Counted from the first letter of the stretch, positions 1 to 12,109 are shown. The stretch: 33,427 bases of DNA from Octopus bimaculoides (GCF_001194135.2 NC_069005.1:17710728-17744154), one strand, 5' to 3'. Made by a program: numbers and translations. The notes: generated by a model from the letters alone, not told the origin.

Positions 1-499
1 ATATATATATATATATATATATATAGGTCTATGAAGATAGACTTGAGACTAAACAGCCACAACAATACAATTAACAAGAAATGATACAACCACCAACAAT
101 ACCCACCCACCATCGCAAACATCTAAATTAATGTAAGCCACATCATCACTACTATTGACCCTCCAGCTTTTAAATACAATTGGTTACAACAGATATCAGC
201 ACGTACACCAACACATGTGCCTGCACAATTGCGTGTGTGTGTGCGCGTTTATATCTTAAGTCAGAAGTGCAGGGGACAATTTGTCTATAAAATCTGGTAA
301 CCCTTCAGTTAACTGTAATCATATAGTATTTTTTCTTCCTCAGTCATTCACCTTTTCATCCCATTTTCATTATTACATCCATAGCAATAAGACAATTTTC
401 CACTCTCATGAAACAGATCTTTCCTGGAGTAATTTTTTTGTTACATATTTGTTGGGGATAATTAATTGTTGCTGCTGTTGGATTTGCGTTCAAGTTACA

Positions 500-2494
500 A
501 TGTCAGGAAAGAAGCTATCAACTAAAACTAAAAGCAGTAGTGTGAAAAGGAACTGTAAATGGATTACACTGGATATTAATCTTGCTGTTTTAAAATGACT
601 TCATGTGGAGGTAAAACTAAGTTATATTGCCAAAACATTAAATCTTGCATCGTCTACAGTGGGAACAGTATGTGACAACAGACAGAAAATTATGTCAAGT
701 GTTCAAGAAGTTATACTGTTAACTGCCTGGACCTTATTTTTTCTTAAATCTAATATAATGTTTGAAAGAAAATAACTGTTGATTGTACGGATCGAGAACC
801 AGAATCAGTGAAATGTGCCAATAATTATCATAGTAATTAAAAAAATAGCCATACATTTATAAGACAATTTGCAGAAAAGGGAAGGTGAAACTTCTAATGA
901 AAACCTCTTTTTGGCTAGTAAAGGCTGGTTTAAAAAGTTTAAGAAGCCTTGAATTTGCATGGCATAAAAATGACTAGTAAAAGTGTGAGCACTGATAGAG
1001 AGACTGCTACAAATTATTCTGAGCAGCTGAAGAAAATTATATTGCTGAAGTGGGTGACACATTGGAACAAGTGTACAACGTTGATGAAACTGCACTTTTC
1101 TGAAACTGCATGCCAGCTAGAAAAGAAAAGAAACACTGGCATTTAAAGCTTCCAAAAATAGTGACCCTTATTTTGGAAGGAAATGCCACTGGTGATATGA
1201 AATTAAAGCCACTACTCATATACCACTCCGAAAATCCAAGGACTTTTAAGGGTTACACAAAGCTTAATGTGCCTCTGATTTGCCATTCAAGAGCCTTTTC
1301 AAAGAGTGGTTTACAAACGTTTTTTATCCTGCCATAGAAAGGTACAGTGCCAGACACAATACTTCCAACAAAGCATTGTTTCTTTGAGACAATGCATTGA
1401 GGCACCCAGCAAATTCAGATGGCTTTTCTGATAATGTGAGAGTAGAACATATCCCCAAGAACACTACTCCTTTGCTACAGCCACTGGATCAATTTGTGAT
1501 AGCTAACTTCAAGGTATATTATATGAGAATTTTTAAACAACTTATGAAAGCAACTGACAGAGACGATAAACCTACAATTAAAGATTTCTGGAAGAGATTC
1601 AACATAATGGATGCTGTGGAAAATATAGCTGAGTCGTGAGATGAAGTGAAACCTTCAACTTTGAACAGAGCTTGGAAAAATATATGGTCAGACTGTATCC
1701 ATTACATTACAAGTTTTCCTCAGGCAGAAAGTTTACATTGAATTTGGAAAGATATTGTGACACTTGCAGAGGACATAGGATCTGAAGGTGTTATTTATGA
1801 GTTGTTAGTGTCCCAGAGAGAAGTTTATCTAATGAGAAGCTGATGCTGTTAGAAAAAGAACAAGCTGAGAAAGCAGATGTGACAACAGAAGTTTCACCTA
1901 CATCACTTAAATTGACTGCAAAAATTATTGCTAGAGGGTTGGTACTTATGGAGGAAGGCTGGCAGGTTTTTGTTGATAATTAACCTAACTGTGAGTGTAA
2001 CATAAAAGTTACTAGAGGACTTTACAATGAATTCAGTTCCTCAACTGAGCTATACAAAGAGATGATGCATCATAAACAACAAATAACTTTAGATAAGTTT
2101 TTCACAACTCAAACTGGTGTTGATGATAATGAACTACCAGATGGCACATTCATTCTACCACCACTCGCATGTAGTAGCCAACATTCTTTTGTGCTAAGAA
2201 CATACTCTTGCAATATTACATTTCTTATTAATTCCCTAATTAATTCCTCTTGAAATATTTTTGTGTTTTTATGTATCATTATTGTACTATGTATGTTTAG
2301 AAATCTTTATTTTCATGTATAAAGGTGATTGTGTTGCTTGTTCTCAATTGGGTTTTTTTACGTTCTTTCTTTCTTTTTTTTTTTTCAAAAAAGCTCATAA
2401 GAACACAATCTCATGAAAATCATGAGAAAATTGATTTCGTGTTATGACCAGATTTTCAGGAATGCATTACTTCCCCAAAGCAAGGGATTCCCAT
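500..2494 (+). mobile_element. Degenerate Tigger/pogo-like DNA transposon (transposase pseudogene)
   Basis: Broken frames give an MSGKK...ITLDINLAVLK start, an AKTLNLASSTVGTV HTH, FLASKGWFKKF, QVYNVDETALF, GNATGDMKLKPLLIYHSENPR, DNA..HP and NTTPLLQPLDQ. Many stops and frameshifts. Left TIR not found and right end approximate. Confidence 0.85.
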
Positions 2495-2928
2495 ATATTG
2501 TCCAAAGTAGCCTTCCTTTTTTTTTAATACAGTATATTTTAATGGCGATTTGGCTGCTGTTTCTAGCAAACCAAGTGACTCCAAAATAGCTCTTTTGTTA
2601 TCTCATTAAATTTGTATGTTATTATTGTTGTCCAGATCAAGCAAACCTAACATCAAAGCCATTTCAACTCTGACTCTCCTATTTTTTACCAATGTCCACA
2701 TTATCCAACATGTCTTCTTTTACAAGTCAATAGAGTTTAATTGAAGGGATTTGGTTGCTATTTCTAGCAGGATAACTAATGCCATAAAGGTTCCCTTGTT
2801 ATCTGGTCAAATTTAAAAGTTAGATCCAGTAAAAGAATTGAAACCCTTCATCCTGTCCTTAATTCAAAGAGAATTTAAACATCATCACCTTACCACAGAA
2901 CACAGTAATAACAGTTCGTTGTACTCAC

Positions 2929-3084
2929 AGAAATATAATCCAATTCATGGAAGGGAATACTAGATTCTTTTATAAACTTCTGGTCACCAATGTTTTGTTT
3001 GAGTAAATATATACTTTGGGCTGTTATTACAACAAAAACATGAGTTGTCTGCCCTTCATTCTGGCCTTCACGAGTGACAAACAT
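2929..3084 (-). CDS. PLEKHM2: PLEKHM2/SKIP-like internal exon D, 52 codons, phase 0-0
   Basis: Acceptor cttactcttttacag|ATG and donor TCT|gtgagt. MFVTREGQNEGQTTHVFVVITAQSIYLLKQNIGDQKFIKESSIPFHELDYIS matches recalled human MIRMSTGHMEGNLQLLYVLLTDCYVYLLRK...EEAVSYNELDYVS. Confidence 0.9.
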
Positions 3085-3652
3085 CTGTAAAAGAGTAAGT
3101 GGAGAGCAAGAGATAGGTTAAGGGGTTAAACAAATAATAATGATAATTATTATTATTATTACTAGCAAATCTACATATCTACAATGGAGGCATAAAATGA
3201 GGGAGGGAAATCATAACAACAGTATGTATTGAAAAATATATAAATGGATTTTAATATCAATATGATTACAAAACTTCTTTGTAGACGATATTTTGTGTGT
3301 GGTCGACACTAATTTTCAAATTACTGGAGTCTGTTGCTCTACTCATAGCGATGTATAACTGGCCATGTGTAAACATTGGAATGGGTAAAAATACACCTAC
3401 ACGATCTAAAATCTGGCCCAGTGACTTGTTTGCTATGAATGAGAATGCCAGTTTTATAAGAAACTGCCTGCATCTTAATTAGAACGGAAACTGGTTTTCG
3501 GTTGGTATAAGATGTATCCATGGAATGAACAGGCGTTTACCATTGTGGGGGCCAGTTGCAATCACTGCTTCGATAACACTGAAATTTAGTTCTGCTACGG
3601 TGTATCTTGTTCTATTGCAGTGTCCATTGGCTGGATCAAAATTCTTAAGAAT

Positions 3653-4099
3653 ATTTGCCAACATAACATGGCAGTCCTGGTTTTGGACAAATGTTGCTGT
3701 AATTTAGCCCCAGGAGACATCGTCTCCAGCTGGCTATTCGACACGATCTGTATCTTTATATTTTCGAACAAGGGAATCTAGCACCCTTACTCAGCTCATC
3801 TGTGTATCGTGATTTCCAGGTTATTTCCCTTCATCAGCACAGAATAATAACCCGGAAGTCACAATACACAGATATTGTTTTGAGCTGAGTGGGGGTGCTA
3901 GATTCCCTTGTTCGAAAATATAAGGACACAGATTGTGTCGAATAGCCAGCTGGAGACGATGTCTCTTGGGGCTAAATTACAGCAACATTCGTCCTAAACC
4001 AGGACTGCCATTCTATATTGGCAAACAATCTTTTCTACAAAGTACTGTTGCTGAATATCTCACGTTGTGAGATTTAAAAATAGTAATTTTCTAGTTTTA
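3653..4099. mobile_element. Foldback insertion (about 170-bp inverted arms, 3654-3826 and 3846-4025) interrupting the Helitron helicase
   Basis: Arms are reverse complements with about 14 substitutions and one 8-bp indel by eye. The helicase frame reads ...HKIELKK before the insert and ILKNFDPANG after it. Confidence 0.85.
3799..3843 (-). ncRNA. Type I hammerhead ribozyme motif
   Basis: Minus strand reads UCUGUG-CUGAUGA-AGG gaaauaa CCU-G-GAAA-UCACGA-UA-CACAGA. This gives a 6-bp stem I, both core boxes, a short stem II with one extra G, a near-palindromic stem III and an AUA cleavage triplet. Confidence 0.78.
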
Positions 4100-5782
4100 T
4101 TTTTTCAATTCGATTTTATGGAGTGGCAATCCTGATGGATTTAAGTTGTTCAAGAAATCTTGTGGGTACTGGTGGTAGCTTCGTTATCTTTTGTATCCGA
4201 ACTACAGTATTCTCGACTTTCCTCAGGGAAGTTGCTAATCATGTTCTCATTCAAAGTTTACCATTTCATTGGTTGAGGTGATGACAGCTCGCAAACACAG
4301 CTATGATGCGATTTTGTAGTTTTCACTTAAATCATTAAAGACGAATTTGCATATTTCGGAAACAGATGATATTTCGAGTACAAAATCTGGCCTAATTCAA
4401 ATCACATTCCTCAGTAAGTCAGAGAACGAACATTGTCCGGAACTGATGTCACTTAAATAGATTGCAAAAGTTGCATCTGAAGAATTTCGTACCCTCATGT
4501 TTTTCTTCAGACTCAACTCCATCACAGACCTCCAGATGTACGATGTTTTCAAGGTGGCTTGCACTATTTGGGCTCGACTCCAGGTAGAATCTGCTTCCAG
4601 TTGCCTACAAAAAAAACACATGCTCCCCCAAACAGGGATTCATTCACTCTGATATCGCATAGGGAACGATCCAAGCATTTGTATATGAGCTTGTCATCTT
4701 GGCTGACTTCATTGACTGTTATTAGATTGGTCATTCTGAAGAGTTGCGCAGTTGCATCCTGAGATGACACATTTCAGCAGGATTCTAGTGTTATGTTTAT
4801 GGGCACTTTGAACCAAGAATGAAATGTCCGGCCATTGTGCAGCAACGTTCCTGCAATCCCAGATAGAGCTGTGGCGAATACGAGTTTTTTCTCCAATTAC
4901 AGAAAATCTATGATGGCATTGATAAGATATGTTTTGCTAGTTCCACCACTCATGCTAAAGGCGAAAACCTTGTTTTCCTGTTGTTGTAAAAGTGAGTTTA
5001 CAACGATTTGAAAGTCGTGCTATTGGTCAGTATTTAGAGTATTGTAGACATCAGTAGACACTATTCGAAGACTCTCTGAGTCATAGTTACATATTCTTCT
5101 GTGATAATCTTTGGCATCAGTTGACTGGTTTCGTTATATTCAGGTTGAGGCAGCTGGAAATCTTAAACCTTTTTATAGCAGCAGCTTTCCTGGTAGTCCT
5201 ACCAATTCCTGATTTCCGTCTCCAGGCCATAATGGTGTGGAATGAAGGCAAATTTAATAAAGCATTACACAACTTTATGCATACAATCGTTATTGACAAA
5301 GTTCATAATAGTCATACACCGATTAAAGATGAGCCAGAGCCATCACAATCATTCCTTAATAAAGCTTATAATGTAATGAAGGGGGGAAGGAAGTTGATTT
5401 ACTTCCCTTCGCTTCTTTTATTAGAAGTTATCTCTCCTTAATTCTTAATTACTTTTTGTGCGCCCGTAAACTGAACAATTACCTTCAATATTCACTAAAT
5501 GATCATAGATTTTCAGTTTTTTTTCTCTAAAAACCTGCCTGATTACCTCCTTCGTAATCCCATAAAACATTGTGACCATTGGTCCAACTGTGTGACCGCC
5601 AGGAGGGTACAGACAGACAGACAGACATTACGCCCCTTATAGTATGATTATTATTATTGGAATATGAAAACTGTAAAGGTTGTCTTCCATGTCTTGGGCC
5701 CACAAAAGCCCAAGACATGGAGGACAATATCAAAGGACAAGATACAATACACACAAAAAAAAAAAATGATGTGAATTCAAAC

Positions 5783-5849
5783 CTTAAGGAATTTTTCGTT
5801 TTCTTCAAATATTTCCAGCATCAGGTAAAGTAGAATGTGATTATCTATC
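5783..5849 (-). CDS. PLEKHM2: PLEKHM2/SKIP-like internal exon C, 67 nt, phase 2-0 (not in the ORF track)
   Basis: Acceptor ttcttcatttcag|G and donor AAG|gtttga. The AT from exon B plus G gives M, then IDNHILLYLMLEIFEENEKFLK, matching recalled human VDNNHLLLLMIHVFRENEEQLFK. Confidence 0.9.
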
Positions 5850-6639
5850 CTGAAATGAAGAATGCATATGAAGAGGAAAATAGAGAAGGTTTAATAATTT
5901 ATGCTATTACTTCTGACTAGGCACAATCTCAACTTTTTCATTAAAACACATGACAATCCTCACTATTCTACAAATGTTATCGATTATATATCATGTGTCT
6001 CTCAGATACCATATTTATTCCAAACACCTTATGTATCCCAGGTTTTTTTCAGAAAAGAACCATATACCTTCATGCATAAGACATAATTTAAAGAGTGGGT
6101 ATCAAGAAGGACACCCAGCAACTGTAAGACACTGTCTCAAAATGTTCCATCCAACCCATGCCATTAAGGAAAAGTAAATGTTAAATTGATGATGAAATTA
6201 TGGTAATAAAGCATAACTTCAGTTTAAAAGATAATTGGGAAAAAGAATTAATAGAAATTAGTGCCAGGAATGTGGATTGCAGGATCTGAAAACAGTTTGT
6301 AAAAGGAGAAAACTATATACCACAAGGCATTATTAACTGATGATAATCTACTGATTCTGCCATGAATTTCACAGCAGTTGCATTTAGCTATAGGCCAGCC
6401 TTGAATGAGTAGCTGTGACAATCTTGAGTTGTTTCAATACATAGTGTATCTAGAATTACATTATACACTGCTTTGTTCTTTAGACAATAGAGTACAATTT
6501 CAAGATTTAGCTGTTATTTCCAATAAGTAAAGCAACTAAGGATCTTTCAAAGGTTCCTAATAGCAACAGTAATTGTTACAGCTGCACTCTATAATAGTTG
6601 GAATATTTTTTGATAATCTTGCTCTCATAGCAGAATCTG

Positions 6640-7800
6640 TAACAGAACTAGGAAAGAAATTCCAGGTGTAGAAGGAAAACATGGAATTGAAGAGTCTTGA
6701 AGTTAGCTTAGCATAGATCAAGGTTCTAGTAAACAAGAAAACAGTTAGGACCCTTCCCACTTCATAGGTAGAAAAGGTGTAGGCAGAGATTCCATATGGT
6801 GTACCCAGAGCAAGATATGCATACACAACAGGTGCAGTGGAATCACAGGAAGGTTAATGAAAAAAGTTGTGTTTTTGTGTGGAAGATGCACAGGAGCCAT
6901 AAAGTCTACAGATTCACAGGAAATTAAACTTCACTAATACTTCAGAGGCTCTCTAGAGGTTTTAGATAACTTCAGTCAAAATTATCAGAGGAGGAGGATG
7001 TTCTAAAAGTGTGATTGCTAGAATAAGAAGACAATGGATAAAATTCAGAGAACTTTTACTTCTGTTGGCAATCAAAGGTCTCGCCCTTCAAATGAAAGAA
7101 AGATTATATGATGTGTTATATGGACTGTTAGATATGTAATTCGTCTGACGTTCCGTGTGTCATGTGGTTCGTCTGAGTTCATTGTTTCATTGTTGTTGTC
7201 TTGTGGGACTGTCGTAGTAAAATGTCATTGATATATATATGGCGGACATGACTTTTGTTTATTCATAACGAACATTGGGTGAGTGCGTTCTTTGTATGTA
7301 ATTGAATAATAAATGTAATAATTAAATTGTACAACTCGTTGTGTTATCTCTACGAGTCATCCGAGGGAAACATAACATGATGTTTGTGTATGAACAGCAA
7401 TGCCACATGGTAGAGAGAATGCTAAGGTCATGCAAAGACTTGAGAGGAGTGAAGATAATATGCTCCATTGGATTTTCAATGTCAGTGTACATAGTGTACC
7501 TAGTGTATTGAGAGAAAAATTAGGCATAAGAGGAAATAGATGTAGTATGCAAGAGAGAATACTGCTCTGGTTTGATCATGTAATGCATATGGGCAAGGAG
7601 AGTTGCATAAAGAAGTGCTGATCACTAAAATTGGATGGAACCTGCAGAAGAGGGAGACCCAGAAAGACATGGGATGAAGTAATGAAGACTGCTCTCAAGA
7701 TGCTGAGCCTTACAGAGGAGATGACAAAAGACTGAGATGACTAGTGTCTTGCTATACTCAAGAAGACCCAACCACCACAACAGAACTGGTATCCTAAAAT
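6640..7800 (+). mobile_element. Degenerate RTE-type LINE 3' fragment, split by a solo LTR
   Basis: Remnants of LKVNLAKTK-like sequence, a Cys knuckle and ...LREKLGIRG...RILLWFDHVMHM...RGRPRKTWDEV (RTE RT C-terminus). The sequence is continuous across the LTR (gattatatgatg|tttgtgtatgaac). Confidence 0.75.
7114..7377. mobile_element. Solo LTR, 264 bp
   Basis: TGTTAT...ATAACA termini, an exact 5-bp target duplication TGATG (7109-7113 and 7378-7382) and an internal AATAAA. Confidence 0.85.
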
Positions 7801-9184
7801 CACTTCGCAATGGTTGTATGTGTTTCTCTCATTCCATCAAGCATTTCCCTCACATCTCACCACTGCTTTATCTTTGGTAATACTCAGCTGTTGTAATCAC
7901 CTGAGAGCAGAAGAAACACATACTATGTCCCCTCCCTTTAGTTACCTTCCTTCCACCCCAAAACACTTCCATTTCTCCTTATTTTCTCTTCCCAGTTTCC
8001 ACTAATCCTTTCTGTGCCTTCAGCCTGTTATACTTCAGCTTTAGCACTTATCAACAACCTCATATCTATTATAACCCCACCCCACCCTCACCCCTAACAA
8101 CTCCACTTTCTCTCACTATCACTTGCTACAGTCACCTCTATGCCATCTCTCCTCACATTACTTCTCCTCTAGTCCCCCTGCCCATTCACTTAGTCCAATC
8201 CTCTGTATCCTTTCACTTAAATCCACCCCCACTCTACCTTGAGGATAGGTCCCAACACATCTCCACCACCATTTCTTTCATTCACTCTAACTCTGTCTCT
8301 CTATCTTTCTTTCGTTTCTTTTCCAAATGGTGTATCCATGTATCTTCTCTACAGCAAGACCCCTATCTTTATACTTCTTTTTAACCTCTCATCAACTGGC
8401 ACAAAGCCACCTCCCTAAATACTCCCACCCACCCAGTCTAGGGGGCCTTTGTCTTGCAAGTTACTTGTTGAGCACACAAATGCTAGTGCCATGCAAAAAG
8501 CACCTAATACACTTATCCCAGTCCACTCCAGCTGCACTCAGCCTTGAATAAAAGACTCAAGAATCCTGTTCCATTCCAATTGCACTCACCTGTAAAATAG
8601 ATCAATGTGTCACCAAGTTGAAGACATTGACAGCAGTAGATATTGAACATACAATATTTGCATCAGAAACTCAAGTGGAGTAATTATATGTGTACCTAAT
8701 GTTTTGTTAAAGAGGGATTTTTTGTTTAATTGTGGTCATTATTGTTTTTTAGCTTCAAATCAAGCACACTTATAATCAAAGCACTCCAGCTATGACTATC
8801 CCATCTTTTATCTAGTCACAGTGAACCCAGGATCACATTATCCAATGTGTCCTTTTTAAAACAGCTATGTGACATTTGATTGCGATTTCTTGCAGATCAT
8901 GTGACTACGTAGAAGCTCCATTGTGGTTTGGAGAGAGGGTGGGTATTTGCGTCTGCTGTTGTTTAATTCCAGTTTAACTCTGATTCAGAGTACAAACCTA
9001 TGATCAAATACATGCATTTCAGTGACAACTCTGCCATAGTTTTAGTGGTTTATAGGACTAGATTATCCAATGTTAGAATTTATTTTAAGAACAAAATATA
9101 TTTTCTCCAATGCCTATGAAGGTCTCAGCAGGTATAAGATAGTTTCAGTTACCTAAGTGATTAATAAGTTATGGTGGAGGGTGT

Positions 9185-9680
9185 TCTGAAAATATAGTAA
9201 TTAGAATAAGAACAACCTGGAGAAAGTTCAGAGAGCTATTACCTCCGTTTGTAACAAAAGATCTCCGAGTGAAAAGCAGATTATATGACACATGTGTATG
9301 GACAGCAATGCTACACAGTAGTGAGATATGAGCCTTAGATGAAGAGGACATACAAAGACTAGAAAGTTGTGCAATGTCAGAGTGCTTATACAACAAAGTG
9401 CAGATATGTCAAGAGAAAAATTGGGCATAAGAGGGATCAGATATAGTGCACAAGAGAGAAAACTGTGCCGGCATGGTCATGGGATGTATATGGATGAAGA
9501 TGGCCACATAAAGAAGTGACATTAAAGTGACTGGAACTTGGGGAAAAGAAAGACCAAGTAAGACATGGAAGAAGGTAGTGAAAGCTAATTTCAAGATGTT
9601 GAGCTTCATGAAGGAGATGATAAAAGGTTCATGATGGTTAGCAATTGACTGTGTTTGAGAAGATCCATCTGTCACAGTGA
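9185..9680 (+). mobile_element. Degenerate RTE-type LINE 3' fragment
   Basis: Clearly homologous to 7040-7760 (agattatatgacacatgtgtatggacagcaatgctacac...gagaaaaattgggcataagagg...gacatggaagaa). Confidence 0.75.
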
Positions 9681-10504
9681 AAGGGAAGTCCTAGACGCAT
9701 TATGTTTATGTCTATACCCACTGAACCAAGCCCCTGCACCCAATCTCTTCCTGTAAAACCTTCCTTACCTCTCATCTTCCTTACACTTCATCATTCTTCC
9801 TAGTACAGCATTATTCAGTTGCTGTAATCATATGAGAACAGAATTGCACATATTTCATTATTCTTTGCTATCAGTTACCCCCCCCCCCCCACAACCTCTC
9901 CCTTTTAACATCCATTCTTCATTCTCCATTATTTTCTACTGATTACACCCTTCTAAACTTTCAGTTATCTCTCCCTCTCTCTGTCATACCTCATCTTTAA
10001 CACCTTCTCATGTCCGCTATCATTCACAACACTCTCTTGTATCTCTTATCATTCTCAACACCCTCTCACATAAATTGTTTATCATCACCACCCCCCACTC
10101 ATTATATACACCTCTGACCTTCCTTTCTGCCACTGTATATCTCTTTCTCTCTTCCATTTCCCCACTCTGCACCTTATCGCCCTACTTCTGATCTATCAAC
10201 AAGTTTATTATATTGTTGCCCTCTAGCTTTTCTGTACTGGCCACTTATCCTGAACAACCCCTATTTCTTCCACCTTGCTCCCGCAAAACTGATATTTAAA
10301 CTGATCACACCACCCTCCTTGTTCATCATTCACTACATTTGCCTCTATTCCCATCTTCAACCAACTGTCATCCTCTTCTCACACTCTTACAAACTTACCT
10401 ACCCTTCCTCGTCCTCTGTCTGTATTCTCCCTTACACTCACCTTCTTGTATCGTGAGAATACACTTTGCCACCTTGTTGCCATCATCTTTATCTTCTTTC
10501 TAGC

Positions 10505-10745
10505 TACTCCCATCCATCCATTCAAGAGAGGGAGGAGAGAGGAGAGGGAAGAGGAAGAGAATGGAGAGTAAGTAGAAAGAGTAGAGAGAGAAGAAAGAGA
10601 GAGTGGAGAGAGGAAAACAGAGATGGGAGAAAAAGAGAGAGGAAAGAGAGAGGGAGAGAAATGAAAGAGAAAGCAGGAAAAGAGGGAGAAAGAGGTGAAG
10701 ACAGATAAAGAGAGGTGAGAAATGAGAGAGTAAGGAGAAATAAAA
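10505..10745. repeat. GA-rich low-complexity tract next to the exon B donor
   Basis: Almost pure purine run (gagagggaggagagaggagaggg...). Confidence 0.85.
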
Positions 10746-10760
10746 TGCTGCTGCACTTAC

Positions 10761-11995
10761 ATAACTTGTCCAGGATCAGGCTGTAGAGCATTTTCCTGCA
10801 AACTATCAGCATCATGTCTGGGATACATCTTACGAAGATGGACATCTTCATCAACCGGGAATATATCACTGAACACCTGTTTACGACATGGCACTGAGCT
10901 AGAGTGTCTATCGGCAGTATCAGTCTTACAATAAATGTCCTCCTCTTCATCATCAACAGAGGGTTTCTGTGCACTGTTTGTGACAATCAGGTCACATGAT
11001 GAAGCCCTTGTCTTATCTTCACATGAAGAAGAGCAGTCAGCATTGTAACCACCTAAGGAGGTCACTTCAGCCACATCAACACAGCCCTCAGTTGAACCTT
11101 CACTCTCCTCTACCTCTTCTGCTTCAGAACTATCTTTGTTCTCTTTAGTATCTTCATCACCCTCTTTAGGTAACTGATCACTGATTACAGTTTCTGATGG
11201 AGATGAGTCAGTTAATATTTCCTCTTTTTTATCTACAATATCAACAGGTTTGCCATTTAAGATGACTGAACTAATTAACTGATCACCCTTCTCTTCCTCA
11301 CATGATGTCTTATTGTCCAAAATCACATCATTTTGTTTGTCTGACTTCTTTTGATTGTTGACAACAGCTTTCTTTTGAAGAACTTTATTATTTTTTACTG
11401 CTTTTGAGTAAGAGTTTGAAAGGGTGTCTTTCTCAGGCACACTGAGCATAGGATTACTTTTAGATACTGGAGTTGGTTTTGTTGTAATTACACTTATGTT
11501 TCTTGTTGTTGTTTTTAGTGATGTTGCTGCTGTTAGTGTTGCTGCTCTCGTTCTGGTTGTTGTTGCATTTGTTTTCACCAAAGTGGCATTATCAGTGTTT
11601 GGTAAGTGATTTTTACTGATGGCATCTTTCTTTATGCGTGGCTGTTCCCGTTTCTTCCGCTTCAACACCTTTGACTTCACATGGATCACCTCAAGGTTGT
11701 TCTCCCCATCCACATGGCTATTTGGCAACACATTCTCAATGCGTCGGAATCGGCAGTCCTCTGTGTTTGAGCTAATACTCGAAAGAGACATACTGTCAGA
11801 CATGGTCAGACTCCCTCTACTCTGCCGATGAGACGTACTGCTGTCAACTCCACAATAATAACCTGAATCTAGTGAGCCAACATGATAAAGTTTTGGTAGG
11901 TGAAAGCTGTTATTCAGACTACCATTGTCACTGTTGACACTGCCACAATCACTGTCAGTGGCAGTGACAGTTGACTCAATCATTGAACTGGAAAT
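10761..11995 (-). CDS. PLEKHM2: PLEKHM2/SKIP-like large internal exon B (disordered linker), 1235 nt, phase 0-2
   Basis: Lies within the 430-aa ORF. Acceptor ctctttctttctttgcag|ATT at 11995 and donor GTTAT|gtaagt at 10761. Contains NNLEVIHVKSKVLKRKK, similar to recalled human ELEVIRVTKKKKIGKKKK. Phases fit exons A and C. Confidence 0.88.
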
Positions 11996-12058
11996 CTGCA
12001 AAGAAAGAAAGAGAGAGAGAGAGAGGATGATGAAACAATAACTAAACATGTGTGTGTG

Positions 12059-12109
<51 letters not shown>

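Larger units (their letters stand above)
3162..5647 (-). mobile_element. Internally deleted Helitron with both termini and a decayed PIF1-type helicase
   Basis: 5' TC at 5647-5646 (TCATACTATAAGGGG...(TGTC)n) and 3' CTAG at 3165-3162, inserted between A and T in an (ATT)n tract. Helicase motifs include GGTSKTYLIN, ATALSGIAGTLL..GRTFHS, DRSLCDIR...FGG...GNWKQILP, NPSGLPLHK, DPANGHCN and ANKSLGQILDRVGVFLPIPMFTHGQLYIAMSR. Confidence 0.88.

Noticed and set aside
2540-2830. Recurring atttggctgctatttctagca and cacattatccaatgtgtcc words (also near 6500, 8830-8900, 13295 and 19730) as regulatory motifs
   Set aside because: They are more simply explained as decayed pieces of a dispersed repeat family, and I could not define their boundaries.
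5121-5441. 106-aa plus-strand ORF
   Set aside because: It is the antisense shadow of the Helitron 5' region and has no recognisable domain.
10379-10986. ORFs 10379-10756, 10466-10708 and 10522-10986
   Set aside because: They reflect the GA/CT low-complexity tract or alternative frames of exon B.
11996-12049. Hydrophobic N-terminus MFSYCFIILSLSLFLSLQ of the 430-aa ORF as a signal peptide
   Set aside because: It is the translated polypyrimidine tract and acceptor of the intron.
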